From an uncultured Alphaproteobacteria bacterium (lineage in GTDB: Bacteria > Pseudomonadota > Alphaproteobacteria > GCA-2731375): a stretch of DNA of 64,000 bases. Shown here piece by piece: positions 48,467 through 58,041 of the stretch. Position 1 is the first letter of the stretch. Each line of letters opens with the position of its first letter. Below the pieces are notes generated by a model. The model had not been told where the DNA came from and did no database searches. It saw only the letters and a list, made by a program, of their open reading frames with translations. Made by a program: the position numbers and the translations under genes. Location: positions 1,600,017 to 1,664,016 of the forward strand of contig CATOSZ010000001.1 in the NCBI GenBank assembly GCA_951812805.1. The letters are read 5' to 3'.

Positions 48467-49243
48467 ATGCTGACACACCCGACCCTCGACCAGATGCAGG
48501 CCCTCGGCTTCAAGGGCATGGCAGAGGCTTACCGCGACATGGCCGAGCGAGGCCAATCATCGGAATTGAACCGCGAGGACTGGCTCGCCCTCATGCTCGA
48601 CCGCGAGGCCGCCACCCGCGCCGACAAGCGCCTCGCCAACCGCCTCAGACAGGCCAGGCTACGCTTCCCCGAGGCCTGCATCGAGGACATCGACTTCGCC
48701 GCCGAACGAGGCCTCGACCGCCGCGCCGTCCTCTCTCTCGCCCAGGGCGTCTGGCTCAAGGCACACGAGAACCTCATCGTCACCGGCCAGACCGGAACCG
48801 GCAAGACATGGCTCGCCTGTGCCATCGCCCATCAGGCCGCCAGGCTCGATCATTCCGTCCTCTACGTCCGCATGCCCAGGCTCTTCGAGGACCTCGCCAT
48901 GGCCCGCCTCGACGGCCGGCTGCCCCGCCTGATCGACCGCCTCGCCCGGGTCCAGCTGCTCGTCCTCGACGACTGGGGAACCCATGGCCTGACCGACCGC
49001 CAGCGCCTCGATCTCCTGGAAATCTGCGAGGAACGATACCACCGACGCTCAACCCTCATCACCGCGCAGATCCCCGTGACCGCCTGGCACGACCTGATCG
49101 GCGAGGCCACCATCGCCGACGCCATCCTCGACCGCGTCATCCACAACGCCCACCGCATCGGCTTGAAAGGCGACAGCATGCGAAAGAAGAAATCGACGAC
49201 CGACTTGACCCAGCCAACCACAACGGAAAACAATCCCGACTGA
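48467..49243 (+). CDS. istB: IS21-family helper ATPase IstB
   Basis: Walker [14 protein letters not shown]. Walker B LLVLDDWG. Confidence 0.9.
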   Translation: MLTHPTLDQMQALGFKGMAEAYRDMAERGQSSELNREDWLALMLDREAATRADKRLANRLRQARLRFPEACIEDIDFAAERGLDRRAVLSLAQGVWLKAHENLIVTGQTGTGKTWLACAIAHQAARLDHSVLYVRMPRLFEDLAMARLDGRLPRLIDRLARVQLLVLDDWGTHGLTDRQRLDLLEICEERYHRRSTLITAQIPVTAWHDLIGEATIADAILDRVIHNAHRIGLKGDSMRKKKSTTDLTQPTTTENNPD

Positions 49244-49529
49244 CGGCAACAAGGCACCCGAAGCCAAACTCCCGGAACCGGCCGGGACTTTATGAAATCG
49301 GTGGCCAGGACTTACTGAAACCGCCGTCCGGAACTACCGAAATCCGCAGCCCGCCACGGAGGAAGAACTTTTCCCGTTCCTTGAAGGTCCTGGTGTCCCC
49401 GAAGGGGAGCGGTGTCCTGGGCCCGCGCACGCATCGAATCCAGTGTCGCCGCCTCGACGATCGCAGCCAGACGTCCTGCATCCAGAGCGGCGTCGAAAAT
49501 CCCCGCCAAAACTCTGGTGTCCCCAGATT

Positions 49530-51461
49530 TCAGACAGGATTATACCCGGGTATAATCGGGTAGGAGGGGTCCTCTCGGCGCCCCTCCTCCCACACCACCG
49601 GGCATACGTTCTACGTACCACGGCGGTTTCCGGTCAGTTGTAACGCGAGATACCTATCGGTCATAGGGACAAGCCCCTGGCCTTCGAACCAAGCCAGGGT
49701 CATGGCTTCGGTGGCTTGATAGCTGAGGGACTTGCGCCACCAGCCCTTGCCGGAGAGAGCCAAGATCCAGGCCCGCCGCTCGGGCACCCCGAGGCTTCGC
49801 AGGAAGTCCGCTTGCGCCTTGGTGCGCTTGCATTGCTTGAGCCGGACACAGCGCAGTTTTCGACGGATCCAGCCGTCGAGACGCCGAAGCTGGCTCGCGC
49901 AACGGGCATGGCGGAAGTACGTCACCCAGCCGGCGAGGAAGCCGTTGAGTTCGCCGACCATGCGCGCGAGGCTGATGCCCCGGTTGCGCCGGGTGATCTC
50001 GCGAACCCGTTGCTTCGCCCGCCGCAGGCTTTGCGGCGCGATGCCGAGCGATCCATCCGACAACAGCCGGTGGCCGAGGAACTTGCGGTCCCCGGCCGGA
50101 GCGACGGCACTTTTCTCCTGGTTGACCCGCAGATGCAACCTGCCTTGGAGGAATTCGGCGACCGAGGCCATCACCCGCTCGCCCGCCGCTCGAGTGCGAA
50201 CGTAGATGTTCACGTCGTCGGCATAACGGCAGAAGCTATGGCCCCGCGCCTCCAGCATCCGGTCCAGATCGTCCAGTAGAAGATTGGCCAGCAGCGGCGA
50301 CAGCGGGCCGCCTTGCGGCGTGCCCTCATGGCGCCGGATGCAGACGCCGGTCTGCATCATCCCCGCTTGCAGAAAGCGACGGATGGTGCGCAGCAGGCGC
50401 TTGTCGCCAATCCGCCCAGCCAGTCGGGACATCAGAATGTCGTGATTGACCCGGTCGAAGAACGCCTCCAGATCCAGGTCGACCACAATCCCGCGGCCTT
50501 CGGCAACGTACTTACCCGCTTGGGCCAGAGCATCGTGAGCGCTCCGGCCCGGACGGAAGCCGAAACTCGAAGCCGAGAAACCCGGATCGAGGATCGGCTG
50601 AAGGACGTGCAGGATGGCTTGCTGAACCAGACGATCCAGCACCGTCGGGATGCCCAATTGCCGCATCCCGCCTCCCGGCTTGGGGATCGAGACCCCCTTC
50701 ACCGGTTGGGGCCGATAGTCGCCTCGCGACAACGCCGCCACCAGCGCGTCCTTGTGATCGACGAGCCAGAGCCGCAGGTCTTGGATGGTCATCCCATCCA
50801 CGCCCGCCGACCCCTTGTTCGCCTTCACCCGCTTGTAGGCTTGGTTCAGGTTGGCGGAACTCACCACCCGTTCCATCAGGTCTTGCGTCAAGGCTCGTTG
50901 CCGGTCCAACGCCGTGCGCACTTGTGGCACCTCGCAGGCTCCAGTTCCGGTTCCGCCGTCACCAGGGGCCTCGGGGCGCAGCGCCTTCATCAGGGCCTCG
51001 TCGAAAAGGTCCAATTGATAGCCACCGCCTTGCTGCCGCTCCATGCTCATCGAGTTGGTCCAGACTGCTCCTTGCTATTCGGATTCGGCCCTTCGGCGCC
51101 TCGCGGCCCCTACTATGGCCTCGGCTGACTTCTCCACCGCCGTCGCTCCCCGTCGCCGGGTCGCTACTCGGTTCCCCCGAGAGCGCTGGAGATCTCCCTG
51201 GGTAAAACCTTGATCTTTCCGCCGGTCGCGGCCGGATTTACCAATGCGATGTCCGAACGACTATCGGGCATCGCCATCCATTGCTGGCTTACCCCATCGC
51301 ACCGGCCTGATATCCGGTTTCTGTTCGTCCGCTCCGGATTTTGCCTCCGGCTTCCTCCCCACCCCACCTCGCGGCGACGCAGTTGCCTTCAGCTAACGGT
51401 TCCGGTCGTTACGGCCCGTAGAGAACTTCCATCTCCTAGATCAACGCCATGCCAGGCACAC
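49530..51461 (-). mobile_element. Group II intron (class C-like, about 1.9 kb) inserted immediately 3' of a terminator hairpin; 3' boundary approximate
   Basis: The minus-strand 5' end GUGUG at 51461-51457 directly follows the hairpin plus U-run. A 479-aa RT/maturase ORF sits in domain IV. GNRA-capped D5-like hairpin at 49558-49596. 20-bp palindrome at 49538-49557. Confidence 0.6.
49611..51050 (-). CDS. Group II intron-encoded reverse transcriptase/maturase
   Basis: RT domains 0-7 (…AYKRVKANKGSAGVDGMTI…FGFRPGRSAHDAL…YADDVNIYV…) and X/maturase region. 479 aa. Confidence 0.9.
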   Translation of the reverse strand: MSMERQQGGGYQLDLFDEALMKALRPEAPGDGGTGTGACEVPQVRTALDRQRALTQDLMERVVSSANLNQAYKRVKANKGSAGVDGMTIQDLRLWLVDHKDALVAALSRGDYRPQPVKGVSIPKPGGGMRQLGIPTVLDRLVQQAILHVLQPILDPGFSASSFGFRPGRSAHDALAQAGKYVAEGRGIVVDLDLEAFFDRVNHDILMSRLAGRIGDKRLLRTIRRFLQAGMMQTGVCIRRHEGTPQGGPLSPLLANLLLDDLDRMLEARGHSFCRYADDVNIYVRTRAAGERVMASVAEFLQGRLHLRVNQEKSAVAPAGDRKFLGHRLLSDGSLGIAPQSLRRAKQRVREITRRNRGISLARMVGELNGFLAGWVTYFRHARCASQLRRLDGWIRRKLRCVRLKQCKRTKAQADFLRSLGVPERRAWILALSGKGWWRKSLSYQATEAMTLAWFEGQGLVPMTDRYLALQLTGNRRGT

Positions 51462-51488
51462 AAGAAAAGGGGCCGCCGAAGCGGCCCC
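51462..51488 (-). terminator. Rho-independent terminator (GGGGCCGC-UUCG-GCGGCCCC + UUUUCUU) serving as the intron target
   Basis: Perfect 8-bp GC stem with a UUCG loop and a U-run on the minus strand. The intron 5' end abuts it. Confidence 0.55.
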
Positions 51489-51680
51489 TAACGATGTCCT
51501 CGATAACCTCACCATTTCCCGGAACATTGGGCGGATGCTCCCGATGTCCATGATGCCGTCAGCAAGTTCATCCTCCTTCAACCACGAAGTTGGTGGAAGA
51601 TGCGCCCTCGGCGATTCCCTGTCAAGGGCAAATGTGAGGCCGTCGGAGATATCGCCCGGTCCCGCCCCGGTCGATCAACC

Positions 51681-53081
51681 ATGCAACAGCACAACACCTC
51701 CCACACCAGCTCCACCCCCCGTCCCTGGCTCGCCAACGAGAGCCTCAACCCGAGCGGCGGCCGGGAACGCTCCCCGGTCCACAAGCAGGCCGAGAGGGGC
51801 GCGGAGAGCTTTCTCGGCCTGCCCGAGGGCATCAAGCGCTTCGAGATCCTCGCCGTCCTGCGCCGGGTCGGCCTCGAGGACGGCTGGACACGCGGCCTGA
51901 TCAGCCACTACGAGCTGCTGCTCACCTACACCAGGGAGAGCGACTGGGCGCCGGGCGGACGACCCGTCGTCTGGCTCTCGGTGGAGAAGGCGGCCCAACA
52001 GCTCGGTATCTCCCCCCGCCAGGTCCGGCGCAACGAGCGGCGGATGATGGAACTGGGCGCCCTGGCCTTCCGTGATTCTCCCAACCACCGCCGCTTCGGG
52101 CGCCGCGACGGCGAGGGCCGGATCGTCGAGGCCTATGGCCTGGACCTCTCGCCCGCCGCCGCCCTGCTGCCCCGCCTGGCACGGCTGGAACAGACCCTGG
52201 TCCGGAACAGGGCCGAATGGCGCCGGCTCAAGCGGGAGATCGGCACGGCCCGCAAGGGCATCCGCGCCGCCATCGAATGGGCCCTCGAACACCAGCGCGT
52301 GAGCGACGAGATCGCCGAGACGCTCTGGCAGGGATTACAGGGCTTCGCAGAGCGGATCCGCGCCGAAACACCCCTCGATGGCTTGCGTCAACGACTGGCC
52401 GAACTCCGCGCCTTCGACGCCCGTCTGTGGCGTCTGATCGGGGAAGATCGGCCCGTGGACCCGCCCGGGGACAATTCCCCCAACGACGACAATGACTTGC
52501 CGGCCAATATGTCCGCCACGGGGGACCGATATGTCCGCCCTGGCGGACATCCGTGTCCGCCACCATTAGATGACAATACAAACCTAGTTCCTGATCAAGG
52601 AATACCGGTAAGCGGCGGCGAAGCGGCCGCCGGGCCGGCAAGGGACGAAGGGGGCGCGGCGGTGGCGGCTCACCGGCACCCGCCGGGGCGCGGCGGAGAG
52701 GAAGGGGGCCGGCACGGGGATGTGCCCCGGCCCCGGGTGTCGTGGGACAACCTGCTGGCGATCCTGCCGCCGGGCCTGCGCCATCGGCTGCCGCTCGATG
52801 AACATCCCTCCTGGTCCTCGTTGATCGACGCGGCGGGCGAGCACGCCGCCGAACTCGGCATCTCGCCCCATGCCTGGGGGGAGGCCTGCCGGGCAATGGG
52901 CCGGGAGGGGGCGGCGATGGCGGTGATCGTCGTCGCCGCCAAGCACCACCGGGGCGAGGTGCGCCGCCCCGGCGGCTACTTGCGCGCACTGACGGCGCGG
53001 GCCGGGACGGGGGAGCTGCATCTCGCCCGCTCCGTGTACGGCCTGCTCAACACAACCACGGGAAAGGAACAGAACCGATGA
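51681..53081 (+). CDS. repC: Replication initiator protein, RepC-like (HTH)
   Basis: …WLSVEKAAQQLGISPRQVRRNERRMMELGALAFRDSPNHRRFGRRDGEGRIVEAYGLDLSPAAALLPRL… matches the RepC family core. Followed by parA-parB with ATGA overlap. Confidence 0.7.
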   Translation: MQQHNTSHTSSTPRPWLANESLNPSGGRERSPVHKQAERGAESFLGLPEGIKRFEILAVLRRVGLEDGWTRGLISHYELLLTYTRESDWAPGGRPVVWLSVEKAAQQLGISPRQVRRNERRMMELGALAFRDSPNHRRFGRRDGEGRIVEAYGLDLSPAAALLPRLARLEQTLVRNRAEWRRLKREIGTARKGIRAAIEWALEHQRVSDEIAETLWQGLQGFAERIRAETPLDGLRQRLAELRAFDARLWRLIGEDRPVDPPGDNSPNDDNDLPANMSATGDRYVRPGGHPCPPPLDDNTNLVPDQGIPVSGGEAAAGPARDEGGAAVAAHRHPPGRGGEEGGRHGDVPRPRVSWDNLLAILPPGLRHRLPLDEHPSWSSLIDAAGEHAAELGISPHAWGEACRAMGREGAAMAVIVVAAKHHRGEVRRPGGYLRALTARAGTGELHLARSVYGLLNTTTGKEQNR

Positions 53082-53803
53082 CGAAGACCCACAACATTCA
53101 CCCCTTCCCGCGCCCCCTGGCGCGGAATACACAACCCCCGGGCGGACTTCGCCGGTTGGCGGTGCTCTCGCGCAAGGGCGGGGCGGGCAAGACGACGCTG
53201 GCGGTCAATCTGGCGGTGGCGGCGCAAGCGCGCGGTCTCCCCTCGGCGGTGCTGGACGTGGACCCGCAGGCCTCGGCCAGCGCCTGGGCGGAGGTCCGTG
53301 GCGCCACATCGCCGGTGGTCCGGCATTGCCCGGCGCGTCATGTCGAGCGTGTGCTGGGCGAGGCGGCCGAGGACGGCATCGCCCTGGCGCTGATCGACAC
53401 GGCGCCGCACGCGGAGGGGGCGGCGTTGACGGCGGCGCGGGCGGCCGATCTGGTGGTCATTCCCTGCCGCCCGGCGTTGTTCGATCTCTGCGCGGTCACC
53501 GACAGCCTGGACATGGCCCGGCTGGCAAATGTTCCGGCGGTGGCGGTGGTGAACGCGGCGCCGGCGCGGGGCCGGTTGGCGGCGGAGACGGCGGCGGCGC
53601 TGGCGAACCTGGGCCTGGACGCGGTGGCGCCGCCTCTCGGACAGCGCGCCGCCTTCGTGCATGCCCTGACGGCGGGCCAAGGCGTGGTGGAGTACGCGCC
53701 CCGTGGCAAGGCGGCGGGGGAGGTTCTGGCGCTGCTGGATCGATTGTTGGCCCATCCCGCCGTGCGGGCGACGGCGAAGAACAACGAAGGGAGGCTGGCA
53801 TGA
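53078..53803 (+). CDS. parA: ParA-family partition ATPase
   Basis: Deviant Walker A KGGAGKTT. 241 aa. Confidence 0.9.
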   Translation: MTKTHNIHPFPRPLARNTQPPGGLRRLAVLSRKGGAGKTTLAVNLAVAAQARGLPSAVLDVDPQASASAWAEVRGATSPVVRHCPARHVERVLGEAAEDGIALALIDTAPHAEGAALTAARAADLVVIPCRPALFDLCAVTDSLDMARLANVPAVAVVNAAPARGRLAAETAAALANLGLDAVAPPLGQRAAFVHALTAGQGVVEYAPRGKAAGEVLALLDRLLAHPAVRATAKNNEGRLA

Positions 53804-54759
53804 CGAAACAACGGAACTTGGCGGAAGCGTTCCGCTCGCTATCGCCGGAAGCAAGGACGGGCAATGGGGAAGGCCAAGCCGAACAGAGCGAACTGGAAAC
53901 GGCGCGTCCCCGGCGGACGCTGTCGGTGGCGCTGGCGGCGATCCGGGTCGAGGACCGCTTGCGGCTGGGTCTCGATGAAGCGAAGATCGAGACCATTGCC
54001 GCCTCGATGCGGGACATCGGCCTGCAATCGCCGGTGCTGCTGCGCCCCTGGCGGGAGGCGGATACGACGCGTCCCCATGCCTGGGGGGCGTCCGACGCGG
54101 GGGTGTTCGCCCTGGTGGCGGGCGCGCACCGGTTGGCGGCGGCGCGGGTGTTGGGCTGGACGGAGATCGAGGCGATGATCGTGGACGGCACGCCGGACGA
54201 AGTGCGTTTGATGGAGATCGACGAGAACCTGGCCCGGGCCGAGTTGACGGCGCTGGACCGGGCGCGGTTCCTGGCGGCGCGCAAGGCGGTGTACGAGCGG
54301 CTGTTTCCCGAAGCATGCAATGGGGGAGACCGCAAGAGCATTGAATTCGCGGAGAAAAATCGGATGGAAAACATTTCCATCCGATCCTTCGCCGACGATG
54401 CGAGCGCGAAGATGGGGCTGACGTCGCGCGCGGTTCGCCGCGCGGTGGCGATCGGCGAAGGCATCGACGACGAGGCCGCCGAAGCGCTTGCCGGGACGGC
54501 ATTGGCGGACCGGGAGGGGGATCTGCACCGCCTGTCGAAACTGTCGCGCGCGCGCCAGCGCGTGGTGGCGGGAGTTTGCGCGTCGATGCCGGGGTCGGCG
54601 ACGCTGGACAAGGCCTTGTCGGCGATCGACGGCAAGGCGGCGAGCGGCAGGGCGAGGTCATCGGAGGCGGCGCAGCTGGAGGCGCTACGCCGGGCCTGGC
54701 GGAAGGCGTGTCCCGAAGCCCGGCGGCGGTTCCGGGATGAGGTGTGCCGGGAGGCGTGA
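53800..54759 (+). CDS. parB: ParB-family partition protein
   Basis: ParB/Srx N-terminal domain plus HTH (…LQSPVLLRPW…, …GLTSRAVRRAVAIGE…). ATG 53800 after GAAGGGAGG. ATGA overlap with parA. Confidence 0.8.
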   Translation: MTKQRNLAEAFRSLSPEARTGNGEGQAEQSELETARPRRTLSVALAAIRVEDRLRLGLDEAKIETIAASMRDIGLQSPVLLRPWREADTTRPHAWGASDAGVFALVAGAHRLAAARVLGWTEIEAMIVDGTPDEVRLMEIDENLARAELTALDRARFLAARKAVYERLFPEACNGGDRKSIEFAEKNRMENISIRSFADDASAKMGLTSRAVRRAVAIGEGIDDEAAEALAGTALADREGDLHRLSKLSRARQRVVAGVCASMPGSATLDKALSAIDGKAASGRARSSEAAQLEALRRAWRKACPEARRRFRDEVCREA

Positions 54760-54764
54760 AGCAA

Positions 54765-54796
54765 GGGGGAGGAACGAATCTCTCCGTTCCTCCCCC
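54765..54796. terminator. Bidirectional terminator hairpin between convergent parB and recombinase genes
   Basis: gggggaggaacg aatctctc cgttcctccccc (perfect 12-bp stem). Confidence 0.5.
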
Positions 54797-54841
54797 TTCC
54801 GTGCCGCTGTTCATGCTGGTTTGCGATTTCCGGTTGGCCGT

Positions 54842-56422
54842 CTACGCGGCGGCAATGGCCAGGTCGACCAATCCGTCCGTGCGGGGGGTGACGGTGAGGT
54901 TCATGTCGTAACGATTGTCCGGATCGGGCGCGGCGACGATGCGTTCGATCAACGTGGAGAGGGTCATCAGCGCGTCATGCCGCTTGACCGGCGCGCGCGC
55001 GTTGGCGATGGCGGCGGCGAGCGTGTCGAGTTTATCCAGCAACCGTGCCGTCAGCACGTCGGGATCGACGGTGGGCGGGCTGGCGAGCGCGGCGTATTCG
55101 TATTTCAGCCGGGCCTCGGTGTTTTCCAGTGTCAATAGCTGGCGGTGCAAGCTCTGGGCCGCGGTGCCCTCCTGGATGGCCGAGACGATATTGGCGATGT
55201 GGCGCTGGTTGGCGGCCATGTGTTCGGCCATGGCCTCGCGGGCGGCCTGCCTGGCGGCGGCGGCTTCGGCCAGCAGGGCGGGCCAATCCTGCTGCCGCGA
55301 GAGTTGCCGGTGCAGGCTCTCCATGGCGTGCCGTTCCACGACATCGACGGCGATGCGCCGGTTCATCTCGCAGGTGCCGCTCTGGCGGCGATTGGTGCAG
55401 CCGTAGCGCCCCTTGTTGATGACGCTCATGGAGCCGCCGCAGACGGCGCAGTGGAGGAGAGGGCTGAGCGGCAGGGGGACGCGGGTGGCGTGGGCCTGGC
55501 GGCGGTCGTAGCCCTTGAGGCGGCGGGTTTGGACGGCGTCCCAGAGCGCGTCGTCGACGATGCGCAGGTTGGGGACGTCGGTCACGATCCATTCGGCGGG
55601 CGGATTATCGCGGGCGACGTGTTTGCCGGTGTCGGGGTTTCGTTTCTTGCGGGTGCGATTGAAGACGATCCGGCCGCGATAGAGTTCGTTGTTGAGGATG
55701 CCGGTGCCGCGCCGGGGCCGGCCGTTGATGGTGTAGGCGGTCCAGAGGCCCTTGCGAGGTCCGGGAATGCCATCGGCGTTGAGCAGCGCGGCGATGTTGC
55801 GCGGACTGGCGCCGTCGGCATAGAGGCGAAAGATACGGCGGACGACCTTGGCCTGTTCGCGGTTCACGGTGCGCAGGCCACGCGTGAGCTTGCCGTCGGG
55901 GCCTACTCTGTTGGCGACGTTGTATCCGTAGCTGAGCCCGCCGCCGGCGCGGCCCTCGCGGACACGGCCCATCTGGCCGCGCCGGGTCTTGCTGGCGAGG
56001 GCGACGAGTTGGCCCTGGTTCATGACGCCCTTGAAGGCGATGTGAATGGGCTGGACTTCGCCTTCCTCGATGGTGACGAGGTCGAGATCGTGAAAGACGA
56101 GGCGGTCGTAGATGCCGGAGGTGTCGGTCTGTATACGGCTGATCCGGTCGAGGGCCTCGGTGTAGATGGCGTCGAAGAGGCCGGCCTTGGCGTCCTGGAG
56201 CATTTGCGCGAGGCCGGGACGTTCGTGGAGGGTCTGGCCGGTCGAGGTTGAATCTGTATAGATGCCGGCGACGGTGCCGCCACGTGCGCGGATGCGTTCC
56301 TCGCAGAGGGCGATCTGGTCCGGGATGGAGCGCGGGTCCTGGAGGTGGGAAGAGTAGCGGGCATAGATGGCGTAACGCTGTGTCGTGCGGGCAAGCGCAG
56401 TCGGCATGATGGCATGGTTCAT
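54842..56422 (-). CDS. Large serine recombinase (resolvase/invertase catalytic domain + recombinase + zinc-ribbon domains)
   Basis: …YAIYARYSSHLQD…GGTVAGIYTD… catalytic Ser region. Recombinase domain and CxxC…C zinc ribbon (CAVCGGSM…GRYGCTNRRQSGTC). ATG 56422 after GGAGAC. Confidence 0.85.
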   Translation of the reverse strand: MNHAIMPTALARTTQRYAIYARYSSHLQDPRSIPDQIALCEERIRARGGTVAGIYTDSTSTGQTLHERPGLAQMLQDAKAGLFDAIYTEALDRISRIQTDTSGIYDRLVFHDLDLVTIEEGEVQPIHIAFKGVMNQGQLVALASKTRRGQMGRVREGRAGGGLSYGYNVANRVGPDGKLTRGLRTVNREQAKVVRRIFRLYADGASPRNIAALLNADGIPGPRKGLWTAYTINGRPRRGTGILNNELYRGRIVFNRTRKKRNPDTGKHVARDNPPAEWIVTDVPNLRIVDDALWDAVQTRRLKGYDRRQAHATRVPLPLSPLLHCAVCGGSMSVINKGRYGCTNRRQSGTCEMNRRIAVDVVERHAMESLHRQLSRQQDWPALLAEAAAARQAAREAMAEHMAANQRHIANIVSAIQEGTAAQSLHRQLLTLENTEARLKYEYAALASPPTVDPDVLTARLLDKLDTLAAAIANARAPVKRHDALMTLSTLIERIVAAPDPDNRYDMNLTVTPRTDGLVDLAIAAA

Positions 56423-56461
56423 GGCGTTCGGTCTCCGTAAGACGATGAAAAGCGCCCGCCG

Positions 56462-56700
56462 CTGGTCTCCAGGCGGCCCTCCAGCCTCGCTCGGGCTCCC
56501 CTCCGATGCGCGGTGCCGGCTGCGGGTTGTATCGCGGCACGAGCGAGCTGAAACGTCGTATCGAAGACGGCGACGAAACACCCATACATTAGCGATACCC
56601 GTATTGACTGCTGGTCCCTTGGAGTCATATGCTGGCGGCCTCTTCACGGGGCCTCTTTCTACACGCTAGGAGCCCTGAAGTGATGTTGATCTCTCGAAAG
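56462..56700. repeat. Copy A of an about 240-bp duplicated divergent promoter/5'-UTR segment (copy B at 60885-61190)
   Basis: Near-identical sequence (…ggtctccaggcggccctccagcctcgctcggg…cgacgaaacacccatacattagcgatacccgtattgactg…) upstream of both SLP genes and of both divergent minus-strand genes. Confidence 0.6.
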
Positions 56701-57951
56701 CCCCAGTGGGGAGTGCCAGCCGCGGCCATGGCTGCGGCGCTGCTTGTCGCCGGATGCGGCAGCAGCACCACAGGCACTACGTCCGATGCGGCGACGCCAT
56801 CGAAGCCGGTTGCGCCGACCGAGCAGGAAAAGGCTGACGCCGCGAAACCGGTTGCGCCGAACGAGCAGGAAAAGGCTGACGCCGCGAAACCGGTTGCGCC
56901 GAACGAGCAGGAAAAGGCTGACGCCGCGAAACCGGTTGCGCCGAACGAGCAGGAAAAGGCTGACGCCGCGAAACCGGTTGCGCCGAACGAGCAGGAAAAA
57001 GCTGACGCCACGGCAGTATTGAGTAGCGACAGTTTTGTTAGTATTAGTAGCCCTCCTGCCAATCAACTGATCGCTGCGGCCACGGCAGCTGATGATGTCA
57101 CGAAGAAGGTAGCTGAGGAAATTGCGAGTGCAGCAGCCGCTACTCCTTCACTCGGCAGTGTTCACCAATCAACGGCTGCTCCCGATGCGCGTAGGAAGAA
57201 GATTGGCGTGTTGTCGTCCCGGCACTACAAGAACAATGTAGTGTTTTATGCCAAAGACGGTAATGGAAACTTTTTCCACGATTCAATAACTGACGGCACC
57301 GTCGTGAACGCTCCTATCGATGGATGGAATGGTGTTGAGTGGAAAAATAAGGATGATACCGGCACACTTCGTGTCAGGGGTTATGGAACAGAGCGCGGCG
57401 TCATGCCTCTTTTTGCCCTCGGTTATTGGCTCCATGTTCCAGACGATGCCACGAGTGCCGATTCCTATGAGGTTGGGGTCTTCGCCCTCGGCGGCGGCGG
57501 TGGTTTCAATACGGGACATCTCTCGGGCCTCACCGGCACTGCCACATACGAAGGCGATGCGGTCGGTCTGTATGCCAAGAGAGCCGCAGTCGAAGACACC
57601 CCTGACATCAAGGAGTTCACTGCCGATGTCGCTCTGACGGCGGATTTCGGCGCTAACACCGAACTCGGTAGCGTGAGCGGGACGGTATCCAACTTCAATG
57701 TCGGCGGCATGGAGAAAGCGCTGAAGTTGAGCCTCGGAAGCGCAACTATCACTGGCACCCGATACGGAGGCTTCTTCAAGGGAGGAGACACCAGCGCCGC
57801 TGGCGGGTTCTCGGGCAAGTGGGCAGGCGCGTTCTACGGCGACGGACAAGCCACCACCGACAAGCCAGCCAGCATCGTCGGGACCTTCGGCGCTGCGAAG
57901 AGTGATAAGTTGGAGAGCTTCATTGGGGCCTTCGGCCCCAAGAAGCAGTAG
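56683..57951 (+). CDS. Surface lipoprotein (SLP) with TbpB/fHbp-like C-terminal 8-strand barrel (copy 1)
   Basis: Lipobox LLVAGC. 5× in-frame 13-aa repeats (KPVAPNEQEKADAA). C-terminal domain …ATYEGDAVGLY…FTADVALTADF…LGSATITGTRYGGFFKGG…GAFYGD…IVGTFGAAKSDKLESFIGAFGPKKQ, characteristic of Slam-dependent lipoproteins. RBS AGGAG. Confidence 0.75.
   Translation: MLISRKPQWGVPAAAMAAALLVAGCGSSTTGTTSDAATPSKPVAPTEQEKADAAKPVAPNEQEKADAAKPVAPNEQEKADAAKPVAPNEQEKADAAKPVAPNEQEKADATAVLSSDSFVSISSPPANQLIAAATAADDVTKKVAEEIASAAAATPSLGSVHQSTAAPDARRKKIGVLSSRHYKNNVVFYAKDGNGNFFHDSITDGTVVNAPIDGWNGVEWKNKDDTGTLRVRGYGTERGVMPLFALGYWLHVPDDATSADSYEVGVFALGGGGGFNTGHLSGLTGTATYEGDAVGLYAKRAAVEDTPDIKEFTADVALTADFGANTELGSVSGTVSNFNVGGMEKALKLSLGSATITGTRYGGFFKGGDTSAAGGFSGKWAGAFYGDGQATTDKPASIVGTFGAAKSDKLESFIGAFGPKKQ
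56806..57000 (+). repeat. 5× tandem 39-bp in-frame repeat within SLP1
   Basis: aaaccggttgcgccgaacgagcaggaaaaggctgacgccgcg repeated head-to-tail. Confidence 0.85.
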
Positions 57952-57975
57952 CTCCGGGCGGGCTTGACTTCAAAC

Positions 57976-58029
57976 GGGCGGGGTCCGGAGAGAAACGCTC
58001 CGAGCCCCGCCCGGCTTTTTTCCGTTTTT
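57976..58029 (+). terminator. Rho-independent terminator after SLP1 (identical arrangement after SLP2 at 63437-63490)
   Basis: gggcggggtccggag agaaacg ctccgagccccgccc followed by ggcTTTTTTccgTTTTT. Confidence 0.6.
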
Positions 58030-58041
58030 AGTTTTCCATGT

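Larger units (their letters stand above)
46724..49420 (+). mobile_element. IS21-family insertion sequence (istA+istB) with multiple terminal repeats; right boundary approximate
   Basis: Left-end repeats CGGAAAGTCCCGGACA ×3 (46731-46820). Inverted counterparts GTCCGGAACTACCG / CCGGGACTTTATG at 49270-49340. TG at 46724. Confidence 0.65.

Noticed and set aside
49558-49596. Reading the GGGAGGAGGGG…CCCCTCCTACCC hairpin as an independent terminator of the intron ORF
   Set aside because: It lies 14 nt after the RT stop inside the intron 3' region, and its GAGA (GNRA) loop and position fit domain V better. It is treated as part of the intron. A purely terminator role cannot be excluded without folding.
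52976-54814. 612-aa minus-strand ORF and other Pro/Arg-rich ORFs over repC-parAB
   Set aside because: Antisense to the clearly recognisable RepC, ParA and ParB genes.
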